A stretch of DNA of 64,000 nucleotides from the NCBI RefSeq assembly GCF_030684315.1, contig NC_081375.1:31113073-31177072 (forward strand), in the 5' to 3' direction. The DNA is from Stegostoma tigrinum. Lineage: Eukaryota. How positions within the stretch are numbered: the stretch's first letter is position 1; each line of letters begins with the position of its first letter. The notes under the pieces are model-generated. The model was not told the origin of the DNA. It saw only the letters and a list, made by a program, of their open reading frames with translations, and made no database searches. Below are positions 48,284-61,739 of this stretch, piece after piece. The position numbers and the translations under genes were made by a program.

Positions 48284-50158
48284 GTAATAACAAGTTCACC
48301 TTCTTATGTTTCTATTTTCCTTGTGTTTTCAAAAAATTATTTATCTGTGTACTATTTCTATAAACATATTGGGATAAGTTTAAAACGTATTGTCATCTTG
48401 TAAGTAGGAGCAGGGGTAGACTGCATTCTTTCGACAGAAAATCATTGCTCACTTTCTATTTATTTCCAGTTTCCTGCTGGCTTATATATCTCTCAATTCC
48501 AAGAGACCAAAAGTCTCTATGCCTTGGACTTAAGAATATTCTTTTAGCTCTGGAATAGAAAGTTTCAAAGGTCCGCAACCCATTGAGTTAAGACATTTTT
48601 CCTAATTTTAGTCTTAAATCATTGACTCCTAACTTTAAGAATGTGTCTGCTCTAAATTCCAGAGTCATAGGGTTGACACTTCAACACTGTTTCCTATCAA
48701 GACCCTTCAGAATCTTGTATGCTTCACTGGGATCCAGACTGTAGAAGTAGAGTGTTCTTGGGTGTAGGCCCAATTTACTTAACCTCTTAATTTAAAATAA
48801 CATTTAATTCCAGCAACTTAGGTAGTAAACCTTCATTTTACAGTCACGACTGCGTCCTTCCTCAAATAATGAGTTCAAAATTTTACACAGTACTCCAGGT
48901 CAAATTTCAGCAGACAGTTATACAATTATAGCAAGACTTTTTTTACTTTTTTCCTTTAATCCACTTGCAATAAATCCCAATTTGCCCTCTGATTTCCTAA
49001 GTTCTTGCTGTATCTGTATCATACGTTGCTTTGTTCTTTCATGAATATATCCAGGTTTCTTTAAGCGTTCACATTTAGAACTTTAGATATCTAGGATAAC
49101 TGTAAAAATGGTTTGATTTTATACCTGCCACCAAATGTGCAGTTACAGAGAGAATTCTTTATGCTCCAATTGATTAGGTTATAGGAAGTCTCATTAGTAT
49201 GAGGAACTTCAGTTATGAAGACAGATTAAAGAAGTTATCGCTGTTTTCCTTCAAGAGGAAGATGTGGTTGAGAGCAAATCTGATAGCGGTATACAAAACA
49301 GGCACTTGGGAATGGTGACTTAACACTTTTTTTTCCACTGTTTTAATTTAAAAAATACAAGTGACAATGTTTTTTCTAATATACATAAAGGGTCTGGACA
49401 GAGTAAGTGGGGAGAAAGTGTTCTCACTCATAAAGGGATGGGGGGGAGAAAAGCAGATTTGAAGTAATTGGGACAAGAAAGAGAAACAACAAACAGCTTT
49501 AGTCACACAACAAGTGGTTAACGTTTAGGTAGCACTGTAACAGTTTCTGGAGCAGCACCTTCAGTAAGCCCTTCAAGTGGCATAAGAAAACTTTTCTGTA
49601 AAGAAAGTCTGTCAAAGATTAAGGAGAGAGTGTGTGAGAACAGCATTGCTCATTTGGAGAATCTCAGATGATCATTGAATTACTTTTTCTTCAGTGGTGT
49701 CAAATTTGTGGCTTACTAATTTTGGAGTAGAGATGTTTATAACTTAATGTTTCTTGCCACAGTATTTTATCTTTCAGAAGGGAGGTCCCCACCATCAATG
49801 TTGCTCATCAGCTTGATCAGCTAGGACAATGAGTTCTGCCTAATCTTTGTTTATTTCTATTGTTGCTTTTCCCCTTGTTTGCTTTTGGTGAAACCAAACA
49901 TACTGTTTGCTACACTTGATCAGATGTAGGAATTCATTTTGTTTTTTGTGTGTGCGTGTGCTATATAGAGCTGCATCGGTATTCTGTGGCATGCACAGAT
50001 TGAGAGTTTTTTTTTAAGAATCAGAGCTATATCAAAAAGTGAGCTGGAATTTGTTGTTAGAGTCATAGAATTTTACAGTATTGAAGGAACCCATTTGGCC
50101 CCCTGTGTGTGTACCGGGTCCCAAAAGAGCTACTTGGGCAGTCTCATTCTCCAATTTC

Positions 50159-50163
<5 letters not shown>

Positions 50164-50221
<58 letters not shown>
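50164..50221. repeat. (CT)29 microsatellite
   Basis: Perfect CT dinucleotide run. Confidence 0.97.
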
Positions 50222-50222
<1 letters not shown>

Positions 50223-51789
50223 AATTCATCACTCTCAAATACATGATTTTGCAGAGACGTTTACTACCACTCCGCAGGTTTCCAAATCCTCATGCTTTTA
50301 AAATGTTGTTGCTGTGATCAGAGAGTCAGAATGTGGTAAAATGGAATTGATGTGTAATTGTGAAAGAGAAATTGGGAAAGAGTTTTTTGAGGGTGTAACC
50401 AGCAAGATGATTAGAGAGTGCCATTAGATGCCATACAGTTGAATTTGCAGAAGCAATATAAGGACTACCATAAGGAAAGATTTCCATGAAATTAGCTCTT
50501 TTGGGATTTTTCTTAGTCTTTTGTAGGATGGGAACGTTGCTGGTTAAATGACCACTTACTGCCTGTCACTAATTGTGCCATGAAAAGATGGCACTGAACT
50601 GCCTTCTTCAGCTATTACAGTAAATTTGGTGCAGGTGCACCCACAGTACTATGAAGGAGGGAGTTGCAGGATTTTGATTTAGTGACAATGAAGAACTGGT
50701 GATATGTCTCCATATTAGATTGGTGTAAGGCTTGAAAGAGGATTCAAAAAAACTGGTGTTGCCAGTCATCTGCTGCCTTTGGCCTTCTAGGAATAGAGAT
50801 CCTAGGTTTCGGGTCAACATCTGGAATTCTCTGGCTAACCAGCACTGTGGGTGTACCTGACAATACCGTACAGACTTCAGCCATTCCGAACGGTTGCTCA
50901 CTGCCACCACCTTTTGAAGTCGAGAGATATATATGGAAATTAAATGTTAGCCTCGCCAGTAGCACCAAAATTCCACAGACAGACATTTATAAGGTATGTT
51001 GCTGCAGTGCATCTTAAATTTGGTACAGACTGCCAGATATAAGTATTGATTGAAGAAGATTATTTCGTGAACAGAAAGCACAAATGTAGCTAAATGGGCC
51101 ATGTATGGGGTAGTGTTGCGAGGATCAGTGCATTCCCAATCTGTGTCAATGCCTTTGATGTGACCAAGTGTAACATACCTAAGTTTCTGCTGATTCAAAA
51201 TTTCAAGGGGATGTGAGCTGTAAGGGGGATGCAAAGACTTTGGAAAGAGATTATGCTTTGCTTGAATGATTGGGCATCAAGGTAGGGAAGTGGGAAGTTA
51301 TCCATCTTTGTAGAAATATGGAAAAGCAGAATTTTTTAATGACTAGCTAGTACTGTGCATGATTCACAGGAAACTCCAAAACACAGCAATTTGATAATGA
51401 CTAAATAGTCTGCTTATTTGTGATGTTGATTCAAGGATAAATATTGGTTAGGACAGGAAACTGGAGAGAAATCCCTTGGCCTTTGAACAGTGCCATTCAC
51501 CATTTTACATTCACCAGAGTTCGCAGCTGGTGCCCTGGTTTGAAGTCTCATCTGACAATGCAGAGAGCATTACAGCATAGGTGTTAGGTTATTTCTGCTG
51601 GCAACAGAGTCCAGAACTGGGGTCATAATTTCAAATGAAGGATGTTGAGGCGAGAGGTGAATCGTACTTCATTCAGAGGGTTGTGAGCCTTTTGAATTCT
51701 GCACACTTAGTTTGTAAGTGTTCTGAATGTGTTAAATGTTGGTTAGCAGAACTAAAAGGTCAGTTTCCTGTTTCACTGCTGCATAGTGT

Positions 51790-52370
51790 TGAAGAATCAT
51801 ACAGCATTGAAACAGACCCTTGGGTTAACTCGATCGTGCTGACCAAGTCGCCCAAACTAAACTAGACCTACCTGTCTCTGACCCGTTTCCCTGTAAACCT
51901 TTCCGATTCATGTACCTATCCTAATATTTCTAAATTTTTTCGCTGTATCTGCATCTACCACTTTGTCTGGCAATTCATTCCATATATGAACCAACCTCTA
52001 TGTGGAAAAAGTTGCCTTTCAGCTTCCCTTTAAAACTTGTGCCTCTCACCTTAAAAATGTGCTCCCTACTTTTGAACTCCCACCCCCCACCCTGGGGCGG
52101 GGGGAAAGAGTTCTTTTCTATTCACTTTACCTATTTCCTTCATGATTTTATAGGCATCTATAAGATCACTCCTCAACCTCCTATGCTACAGTGAGACAAG
52201 TCACGGTATATCCCCACATAACTCAAAGCCTCAAGTCCTGGCAACGCCCAGGTAAATTGTTTCTGAACTCTGTCCAAGTTAACAATATCCTTCCTATAAC
52301 AGGGTGACCTAGAACTGTACACTCCAGAAGACACCTTACCAATGTCCTGTATAACCTCAGCATGAGACTT
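51790..52370 (-). mobile_element. CR1 LINE 3' fragment
   Basis: GAATCATACAGCATTGAAACAGACCCT tail end; TCCTATAACAGGGTGACC.AGAACTG = reverse of QF.SPCYR. Confidence 0.75.
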
Positions 52371-52409
52371 TACTCTTCATGTTTATTGTGTCAACCATGT
52401 TGGAAAGGG

Positions 52410-54670
52410 TAACTACGACCACAAATTCATAGAGTGCCTTAGGGATGGCATCCTAGAGCAATTTGTCGTCGAGCCAACTAGGGTGTAGGCCATCTTGGAT
52501 CTAGTAATAGTAATGAGTAATAGGTTTAATAAATGACCTCTGAGTAAAAGATCCCTTAGGAAGTAGTGATCATAACATTATGGAATTTTATATTCAGTTT
52601 GAGTGTGAGAAACTACTGTATGTAACTTAAATAATGGGAACTACAATGAAAATGACGATAGAGAGTTAGCTATAGTGGACTGGGTAGATAGATTACCAAG
52701 AAAGACAGTCAGCAGCATTGGAAAACATTTAAGGAGGTAACTCATGACTCTCAGCAAAATAGTATCCCAGTGTGGAAGAGAGATTCTAAGAGAGAGGTAA
52801 GCCAACCACGGCTAACGAAGGAATTTAAAGAGAATATGAGGTTGAAAAAAAAGCATATACGGAGACAGACAGCAATGACAGCCCCAAAGACTGGAATAAA
52901 TTTAGAATCTACCAAAGGAGGTCTAAAACTTAAAAACTTCTTTAAATATATAGAAAGGAGAAAAGGGGTCCTAGTGAACATATATCACTTAGAAAATAAA
53001 TATGGGGAGATAATTATAGCAAACAGGGGAATGGTAAAGAAGTTAAATAGATAATTTGAATCAGTTCTTATGGTGGAAAATACTTGGAACATCCCATTAA
53101 TTCTCAAGAACCTGAGAGAGCCAATAGGTACCACCAGCAGAGAAGTAGTATTAAACAAACTAATAGGGCTAGCAGCAGATAAGTCCCCTGATTTAATGGT
53201 CTGCATCCAAAGATCTTTTTAAAAAAAATGTAGCTGCAGAGATAGTGGATGCATTAGTTATATTTTTCCCCAAAACCCTTGGATTCTGCAGAAGTACCAA
53301 AGAACTCGAAAACTAATGTGACACCCCTATTCAAAAAGGGAGGGAGACTGATGGCAAGTAACTATAGGCCAATTAAGCTTAACATCTATTGTTGGAATCA
53401 GTTTGTAAGGAAGTTGTTGGGAAATGTTTGGAAAATCATAATGCAATGGAGTGGAAGCAACATGGTGTCATGAAAAGGAAATTGTGTCTGACTAATTTAT
53501 TAGAGTTTTTGAAGCAGTCTCTACCAGCGTGAATACTGGGAACTGGTAGATGTTTTGTATTTTAACATCTGTGAGGCATTTGACAAGATATGTCTCAAGG
53601 GTTAAGTCATAAGATAAGAGCCCATGGTGTTGGAGGTATATATTGGCGTGGGTAGAAAATGTGCTAATGGGCAAGCAACGAGTTGGGGTAAGAGGTTCTT
53701 TTCCAGATTGGCAACCTGTAACCAGTGGGGTTCAGCAGGGATCAGTACTGTGACCACAACTGACTACAATGTGTATTAATGGCTTGAAGGAAGGAAGCAA
53801 GTGTACTGTAGCCAAATTTGCAGATACCACAAAATATGTGGAAAGTCAAGGTCGGAGGGGGATACAAACATTCGACAGAAAATAAGTGAGCAAGAAGTTG
53901 GCAAATGGAGTATGATGTGGCAAAATGTGAAGTTTTCATTTTCAAAGGGAGTAAAAAACCCAGAATTATTTAATTGGAGAAGAGCTGCAAAAAGCTGCAA
54001 CACAGAGGGCCTTGATGTATTTATGCATGGAATACAAAGCTGACACACAAGTGGAGCAGGTAATCAGAAAGACAAATGGACCTTATTTTAAAGGGGTTTG
54101 GAATGCAAGAGTGGGAAGTGTTAGTGGAACAGCACAAAGTAGTGGTGAGACCATATCTGGAGATGTACCGTGAGCAGTTTTGGCCCTTTTATTTAAGGCA
54201 AGATATTTTTTCATTAGAGGCAGTTCAGAGAATGTTCATTGGGCTAATGATCCCCAATATGTCTTATGAGCAACAGGTTGAGACTACTCACTGGAATTCA
54301 GAAAAATGAGAAGTGATCTCACTAAGACACATAGGATCTTAAGGGTCCTGACCGGTTCAGTATTGAGAGGATGTTTCCTCATCTGGAAGAGCCTAGGAAC
54401 ATAGGGTGTATTCTTAGAATAAAAGAGGTATAAGTTTAAAACAGAGACAAGTGGGAATTTCTTCTATCAGGATTGACGCTCCTTGCCACAAAGAGCTGTG
54501 GGGACAGAGTCCTTCTGGAAATTTAAAACTGAGATGAATATATTCTTGTTCAATATGGTTACAGTAAAAGGGTGAGAATTTGGACGTGAAGCATGTTGGA
54601 TCAGCCGTAGCCCTGTGGAATGGTGGACCAGGCTCGAGGGCAGAATGATCTACTCCTGTTCGTATTTCTT
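52410..54670 (+). mobile_element. Long degenerate CR1 LINE (APE-endonuclease end through RT and 3'UTR)
   Basis: EPTR..AILDLV and LG.SDHNIMEF (APE end), DKSP, NVTPLFKKGGR..ASNYRPI, SGVQQGSVL, KFAD, VRPYLE remnants. Confidence 0.9.
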
Positions 54671-54804
54671 GTCAGCTTGATATAGTTAGGAGTGCTCATC
54701 ATTGTAACTTTCATAACATATTGACCATAATGGAGAGATTGTAATTTTCTGAGTTAAATTGGGTTGCATTTAAATTTTAATTTAAATTATTTCTTTGTTC
54801 TCAG

Positions 54805-54884
54805 TGTATATGCTGCAGTGTTTATTGAGCCACTCACTTGGTCATTTTACTTAGCTTCAGTCATCATCGGAATAGCAGCTGCAG
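54805..54884 (+). CDS. MFSD11: MFSD11 coding exon 4
   Basis: ttgttctcag|(S)VYAAVFIEPLTWSFYLASVIIGIAAA(V)|gtgagt; 80 nt. Confidence 0.94.
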
Positions 54885-55994
54885 GTGAGTTTTCTTTCTG
54901 ATACACTAAGTAAAATTGTTAAAACTTGAGCATAACTTTTTCTCCCCCATACAATGACAACTCCCCACCCCCACCACTGCCAATCATGAGGTCAGAATTG
55001 AGGATGACTGATAATTGAGTGTTGTGGGTGCAGTTGCACTCCCTTGGACGGGGACTGTGTGGGATGGCACTGAGAATGTGTAACAGTGCAGCTTGCTTCC
55101 TAAATAGCAATAAGTTTGCAAATGCGCACACATTTTTGTGTGTGTGCGCGCGCACGCACGGTATGGGGCAGCACCTGGCTGGTACATGACTGGGCTTTAA
55201 GGATGCTGTCAGCACCAGGAGTCCAGGGGGTTCCAGCAGGAAGATGGGCGTATGGCTGGTGAAGTGAGTTTTCAAGAATGGTGTGAGAGGGTTCACTGGT
55301 GCTTGCATGGAAATCGTGGTTGACACTTGGCCAATTTCTGGTCTGTACCTCCCTTTTTTAAGAGCCCAATCTTGTTTTTAATTTGGAAACACATCAATGT
55401 AACTTCTCTTTCAGTGAAGTTTTTTTTTCCCCTCTCCATCTACTTCTCCAGAAGATTCGATTAATTTGTTCATAATTAATTTTACCAAAAGAAGTCACTG
55501 ACATGGCAGTTAGTTTAAAGTGTGTGACTAAGTTAATTAATAAAGTTGGCATTTTAATAAAAGCTGGTAGAAAATCTCCCTCTTTTTGTTCGGCCACATC
55601 CTTTGTATTTCCCTTAATTAACTACTTCCCTTCCCAGGCATACTATGAGATGCCTAAACCCTTCGACTCATTATGCTCAGTGGAAAATACCGTCGTAACT
55701 TGTAACCTAGTTTTGTCGCACTTTGGGTGAAATGGAAAGAAAGGAAGTTGCATACTCAGTCCGTTATGAGTTCAAACATCGATTTACATTACAACTTCTA
55801 TCGTAATATGAAAGGAGTTTACGCTTCAATATAAGTGCAGGTTGCAATGGAAAGCTCAAGATGCTTTTAAATTTTCCTGAAGCTATTCTTGCTTTGTCAA
55901 TTTTCAGCTCATTGGCATTAATCTTCACGGTGGAGGACATTGTTAGCATTCCAAGCTTGTAAATAATTAAGGTAGCCTTGATTTTTACTAGCAA

Positions 55995-56745
55995 AAATAG
56001 GGCTAAGGGTCAATAAATCTCCTGGACCTGATGGTTTGCATCCGAGTATTTTAAAGGGAGTAGCTGCAGAGATAATGGAAGCACTGGGAGTTTTTAGATT
56101 CTGAACAAAAAAAAACTGAAGAATTGGAAAGCAGCCAATGTAACAACCATTATTTAAAAAGTGAAAAAGACAAAAAGCTGATAACAATAGTTATGTCACA
56201 AAAAGTTAGCATCCAAATTCAGGTAGTAGCGAAACCAAATTTACTGTTGGCTGTTAATTTAATGGGAACAATGTATAAAAATAAGGAAGTCTTGCTAAAA
56301 GTATACAGAGCATTCATCAGACTGCAGCTCAAATATGTGCTCCTGAGATGCTGCTTGGCCTGCTGTGTTCATCCAGCTTCACACTTTGTTATCTTGGATT
56401 CTCCAGCATCTGCAGTTCCCATTATCCCAGCTCAAATATTGTGAACAGTTTTGGCTCCCTTAACTAAGGTGAGATACAGTAGCATTGGGTGCAGTCTGAG
56501 ACAGTCAATCTAGGTTTATTTCAGGTATGGAGGGATTTTCTTGTGAGAAGAATTTGACTACATTGGGCTTGTACTCATTGGCAATTAGAAGATTGGGAGG
56601 AGACCTTACAGAAATATCAAAGATTCTTAGGGGCTTGAAAAGGTAACATAGAAAAGATTGTTTCCCTTTTTAGGAGAGTCAGAAGGCATGATCTCTTGAG
56701 CTGGGGAATTGCCTGTTTAAGACAGATGAGGAAGTTTTTTTATAT
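55995..56745 (+). mobile_element. CR1 LINE fragments
   Basis: NKSPGPDGLHP.ILK, ANVTT..F and YKNKEVLLKVYRAFIRLQLKYC remnants. Confidence 0.8.
56337..56427 (+). mobile_element. Single-arm Penelope 3' end nested in CR1, with TSD
   Basis: Perfect 12-bp TSD CAGCTCAAATAT at 56325-56336 and 56428-56439; splits the CR1 RLQLKY|C motif. Confidence 0.87.
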
Positions 56746-57807
56746 CTGAGATGGCCGATATGTCCAATGAGTGATCTGAAGACTGCCACGTGAGGCAAGT
56801 TGTACATACAGGAGTGGGTAGATTGGTTGTTTGGAGATTTACATGCACCGTCTGATATTTTATTTTGCTTTTGCTTATTTCCACTAAAGCTTTTGCTTGG
56901 GTCCCATTAGAAGCGAGCTGTCTCTGTTTTAGTCAATCATGACCCAGTGTCATACGTGATTCAACATGTATGTTTGACGTCTTCAGGCATGCCTTTGAAG
57001 GCATTCCTAAAGTTTTTCTGCAGTCCTTCTCCTGACTGAATTCTGAGTGGAGCACTTGCTTTTGGTAACCTGGTGTCAGGTGTAAGAACAATTAGTTACA
57101 CCCAGAAGAGCTGCTTTTGAGTGATTACCACCTCAATGTTTCAATGCTTTGAGGAGGATGCTATCGTTGGAGTACTTTGGATGATTTTGCAAAGGCACTG
57201 CCTGTGGTACTTTTCCAGTACTTTGAGCTCCTTGATGCAGCTTGTCCAAATCTGCAATACATATGAGGGCACTCTAACCGGCTGCCCAGAACATTTTGCG
57301 TATGCACAGGGAGGATTCCTGAGCCATGTCAGGATTTACAGTAAACTAGAAATGCAAAAAAAAAAGCAGATGTCATAATCTAAAATTGTCAAACTCTATG
57401 TTAAGTCTGGAAGGCAGCCAGCTGCCTGGTCAAAACAGTTTTGTTGGGTTTGGAGCAGTGAAATCGGAACTGGGGCAGAGTGGAGACTAAATGGCAGAGA
57501 CTGGAAGCTTGAGACCATACTTCTGAATTAAATGAATGTGCATTACCAAGTGATTATTCAGGTTGTTTTCAATTTCTCCAATGTTGAGGCTGCATCAAAA
57601 GCAGTGAATACAGCATATTAAATTTAAAAGGTACAAGTGAATTATTGCTTCTTGTGATAGGACCAAGGTCACTATTATTCCTGGGAGGGAGGGAGGTAAA
57701 ATGGCACGTATAGTATCCATTTTTGTGCTTACTCAGGAAGGGAATCATGTGTTGTTATCAGAGAGATGATTATTACAATGATTGAATATTTCTGATCCTT
57801 ATTTCAG

Positions 57808-57904
57808 TGATATGGACTGCACAAGGCACCTGTTTGACAACAAACTCAGATGAAAACACGATTGGAAGAAATAGTGGAATATTTTGGGCTCTGTTGCAAT
57901 TTAG
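57808..57904 (+). CDS. MFSD11: MFSD11 coding exon 5
   Basis: ttatttcag|(V)IWTAQGTCLTTNSDENTIGRNSGIFWALLQF(S)|gtattt; 97 nt; UNC93-family WTAQG motif. Confidence 0.95.
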
Positions 57905-59049
57905 GTATTTAGTAAAATTAAGTTTACAAACTGTACAACAGCATTATGGAAAACAACTTGTCTTCATAAATGTGTGCATTGGTCGGCTTCATTGATGAGC
58001 CTTGTTTTGTATAGTGTAATACAATTTGGGAAAGAAGCTCCGTATTAATTAACTTTGCATTTAACTTTGAAAAACATGTTGAAGCATTCTTTGTGATGCA
58101 AGCAGATGAAAGTTGGTGCCAAGATGATGATTCTGGGAGCAATTACCAAAGCTTGGTCATTTGTTTTTAAAAGTGAGTCAAATAGAATATGGGGAAGAGG
58201 TAATTAGAGAGAATTAAGAGAGAATTCCCAAGCGTGGGCTGAAGTGACTAAAGACGTGACCGCGAACAGTTAAACCATAGCGGGGATGGTTTGGAGACAC
58301 GCCTAAAAAGCCAGAATCGGAGGAAATGAGATGTCTGGGAAGTGTGAACATTGGAGGCGGTTGCATAGATAAGGAAAGAATATCCCCAGAAGGATTTAAA
58401 TAAAAGGATGTGAATTTTAAATTTGTTGCATTTTGACTGTGGGCGTTGTTTTTGTTTAGCAAGCTGATAGCTGAGTGGGACTTTTTCTTAAAAAATACAC
58501 AATGCAAAGTTCAGAGGTTTCCTGAGCCTTGAGGATGGGAGGCTGACTAGAAGTACATTGATTCCTCTGGGAGGACAATTATAAAGACACAAATAAGAAG
58601 CCTAACTCGGGATGGGTTGAGAGAGGGGCAGAGTTGGTTGTTGCTACAACCAAGAAGAACGCAGTGTTTTAATGCAAACTGACCTATGTTTCAAGTTTTC
58701 TCAAGTTTTAAGTACCTTCTAGAGTTGAAGAGAAAGAAATATGTTTGAATAACTTGTCTTGATTCTGTGTACAAGAGCTGGCTGTGCCATAGCTGTACCT
58801 TCCATTGATGTAATTGGCGTATATCAGGCAGGATGCTGCTGCCCTCAGAAACGCAATGTAACAACATGACAGAAATGAAAAACTGCCCTTCAGGTGTTGA
58901 GTTATTTTTGCAATCTGTTTCTTTCTTGTTTCTCTAATCTTTGACATTTGAATTGCATTCTGGAAGGCAATTCCTGAATTTCCATCCATACCTGCAGCTT
59001 AGAATTGTAAAATACTATAGGTTCTGACACAAGAAAATTACATGAATCT

Positions 59050-59870
59050 GGAGGTTGTAGACATGCTTACTGAGCTGTTGGGTTTGGTTGCAGACATTTT
59101 GTCACCCTGCAAGGTAACATTGTCAGTGTGACTCCAGTGAAGCGTCGGTGTTCTATCCTGCTTGTTATTTATATGCCTCAGTTTGTTGGGGTGCTTGGTA
59201 CCACTTCCGGTGCTGTTTCTCAGTGGTTAGTACTTTAATCACCCTACTGAAAGTCAAGGACATTTCAGACATGACCACAAGACTACTTGGAACCCTAGGT
59301 ATCAGTGTAACCCACAAACCAACAACCACCCTACAACAACTGCTGACAAACGTCAAGGATCCCATACCCAAAACCAATGTAGTATACAAAATACCACGCA
59401 AGGACTGTGAGAAACACTACATAGTCTAAACTGGAAGGAAACAGACAATACGGATACACGAACATGAACTAGCCACCGAGAGACACGACCAATTCTCACT
59501 TGTCTCACTATATACTGATAACGAGGGACACAAATTTGTCTGGGACAATACATCCATAATCTCAGAAGCCAAACAGAGACATGGCAGAGAATTCCTAGTG
59601 GCCTGCTATTTTAACTGGAACTCCATCAACAAACACATTGAATTAGACCCAGTGTACAAACCACAGAGAAACTGAATCAGAAGTGGTACCAAACACCCCA
59701 ACAGACTGAGGCATGTAAATAACAAGCAGGATACAACACCAGTGCTTCACCGCAGGTACGCTGATGATGTTGCTGAGCAGGGTGACGAAACGTTTGCAAC
59801 TAAACCGACTGGTTTGGCGAGCATGTCTGCAACCTCATCCACAACCTGAGCCTAAACATCTTTTCAAACT
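59050..59870 (+). mobile_element. Penelope-like element (Poseidon-type GIY-YIG end) with inverted 5' segment and TSD
   Basis: SDMTTRLL..LGISVTHKPTTTLQQLL..VKDPIPKTNVVYKIPRKDCEKHYIV*TGR...RIHEH; 59050-59220 is inverted relative to 59675-59840; TSD TTACATGAATCT at 59038-59049 and 59871-59882. Confidence 0.9.
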
Positions 59871-60012
59871 TTACATGAATCTTATTTGAATTTAACTGTG
59901 TTCCAATCACCTTTTAGTTTAAATTAATTGTTTTATTTTGGGTATTCTATTAGTTATAACAGCAAATACATTACTAAGCAGTGTGAAACTTAATCATTTT
60001 TTTTCCGTCTAG

Positions 60013-60071
60013 TCTTTTGTTTGGAAATCTGTACATATATTTTGCCTGGAAGGGAGAAACACACATCTCAG
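60013..60071 (+). CDS. MFSD11: MFSD11 coding exon 6
   Basis: ttttccgtctag|(S)LLFGNLYIYFAWKGETHIS(D)|gtcagt; 59 nt. Confidence 0.93.
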
Positions 60072-60813
60072 GTCAGTTTCATTTTTCCGAAATGTGTTGT
60101 AGGTATATATAAATAGGAAGTCCGCTGCTGAGATGTTTTATTCCATTCTCCAGCATCTGCAGTTCCCATTATCTCTGATAGTTAGAGTTCTGACTGTTTT
60201 GGTACTTCAGAGCTTTTTCTTTTATAGCTTAGTAATTTTCAAAATTTCTTTCTTGATTGCAAGAAGCAGACCTCATTGTCCAAAATGCTGCATATATCAT
60301 CCATAACATTTCTCATTGGATATCGCAGGAGTGTCGTTAGGAACTAGTGAGAGGACCCATTTTTGAGTTTCAGAACAGAATTGGATGATTATCAGAAGCA
60401 GAAAAAGTATCATGGATATAAGGAAAAGGCTAGGGGCGAAGGCACAAATGTAATTTCTCTTGCAGAAACCTGTCACAGGCATGAGAGGCTGGATGCCTCC
60501 TCCTGTACTACAATCATGTATGATTTTATTCTTGACTATCTTCATCTACTATACTGATCCTGAATTTTCAGTTTTGTTAAATATGTATTTGGCCACACTG
60601 TCTAGCCTCCACATTTTGAGTACTCCTCATGCCTCCTGGTTTTTCAAATGACATATTTTTGCCAGGTCATTGACCCCCATTAGCTTCTTCAGTGTTGATC
60701 TTGACAAATATTTCCAGATTTTCATCCCCACCTTTACATGCAGAACAGGTCTTTGTATATTCTTACAGGTGCATGACATTAATGGAGTATGGAATGCAAC
60801 AAGAATGCTTAAA

Positions 60814-60950
60814 CTAAGTTTCAGGAAAAGCTCAGCAGGTCTGGCAGCATCTGTGAAGGAAAAGAACTAAGTTAACGTTTCGGGTCCAGACTTGCTGAGC
60901 TTTTCCTGCAACTTTGTTTTTGTTCCTGATTTACTGCATCCACAGTTCTT
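60814..60950 (+). mobile_element. Short Penelope-derived element with internal inversion and TSD
   Basis: AGGAAAAGCTCAGCAGGTCTGG / CCAGACTTGCTGAGCTTTTCCT; TSD AAGAATGCTTAAA at 60801-60813 and 60951-60963. Confidence 0.75.
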
Positions 60951-61594
60951 AAGAATGCTTAAATTGTTCAGAGATGTTTTAAGAAAAACAGAGCTATAAA
61001 TTGATAACTGAGTTTCGGTTCTACAAACACAGAAATTACATGAACTGTGTGAACCAAATGGCCCCTTCCGTGCATTTACCTCCATTTACCTCAAATCTAT
61101 TAAACAGATAACAGGTGACCTTTGGTTTGCAAATGTCTTTGAAAGGTTTGTAGTACTGTTTGCTTAGTAACTGTAACTTTTGTAAGAGCACTTTAAGTTA
61201 GAATGTATGATTGTTTTCAACCCTTGGAATATTTCTATTCTTTTTGGTAAAATTACACAAGTCAATTTTCTTAATTTTCCCTCCTTCACAATGTAAGCGC
61301 TTAGTCCATTCCATTACAGTTCCATTCCACCTTCAGCAAGGTAGTCTAACTTTATTTTTCTTTTGTTAGTTGCATGTCCCCTATATTTTCCTTCATCTTC
61401 CTTCTCTAATATTCATGAAACATTTTTCCAGATGTCTCTTTATGAAGGCAATGTATCCTGTCCTCACCCCTTCTCCCTGTATTTTTTTGTAGTATATTGT
61501 TATTGCCTAAGTTAATAAGTGTACTTTTCCCCTCTTCCTTTGTGTTTTCGCAGCTTAATAATTCAATACTAATCTTTGCTCTTTATTTCTTCAG

Positions 61595-61739
61595 ATCATA
61601 ATCGTAGGACTGTTTATATTGCATTAACTGTAATTAGTGGAATGGGAAGTGTCCTTTTTTTCTTAATAAAACAACCAGTTTCTGAAGTTTCATCTATAGA
61701 ACAGGACAAATCTGATGATGAGTCTGATATTATACTTAG
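61595..61739 (+). CDS. MFSD11: MFSD11 coding exon 7
   Basis: tttcttcag|(D)HNRRTVYIALTVISGMGSVLFFLIKQPVSEVSSIEQDKSDDESDIIL(R)|gtaagt; 145 nt. Confidence 0.93.

Noticed and set aside
55124-55160. Alternating purine-pyrimidine tract and small hairpin (Z-DNA candidate)
   Set aside because: Short, apparently inside an old repeat; common in vertebrate introns
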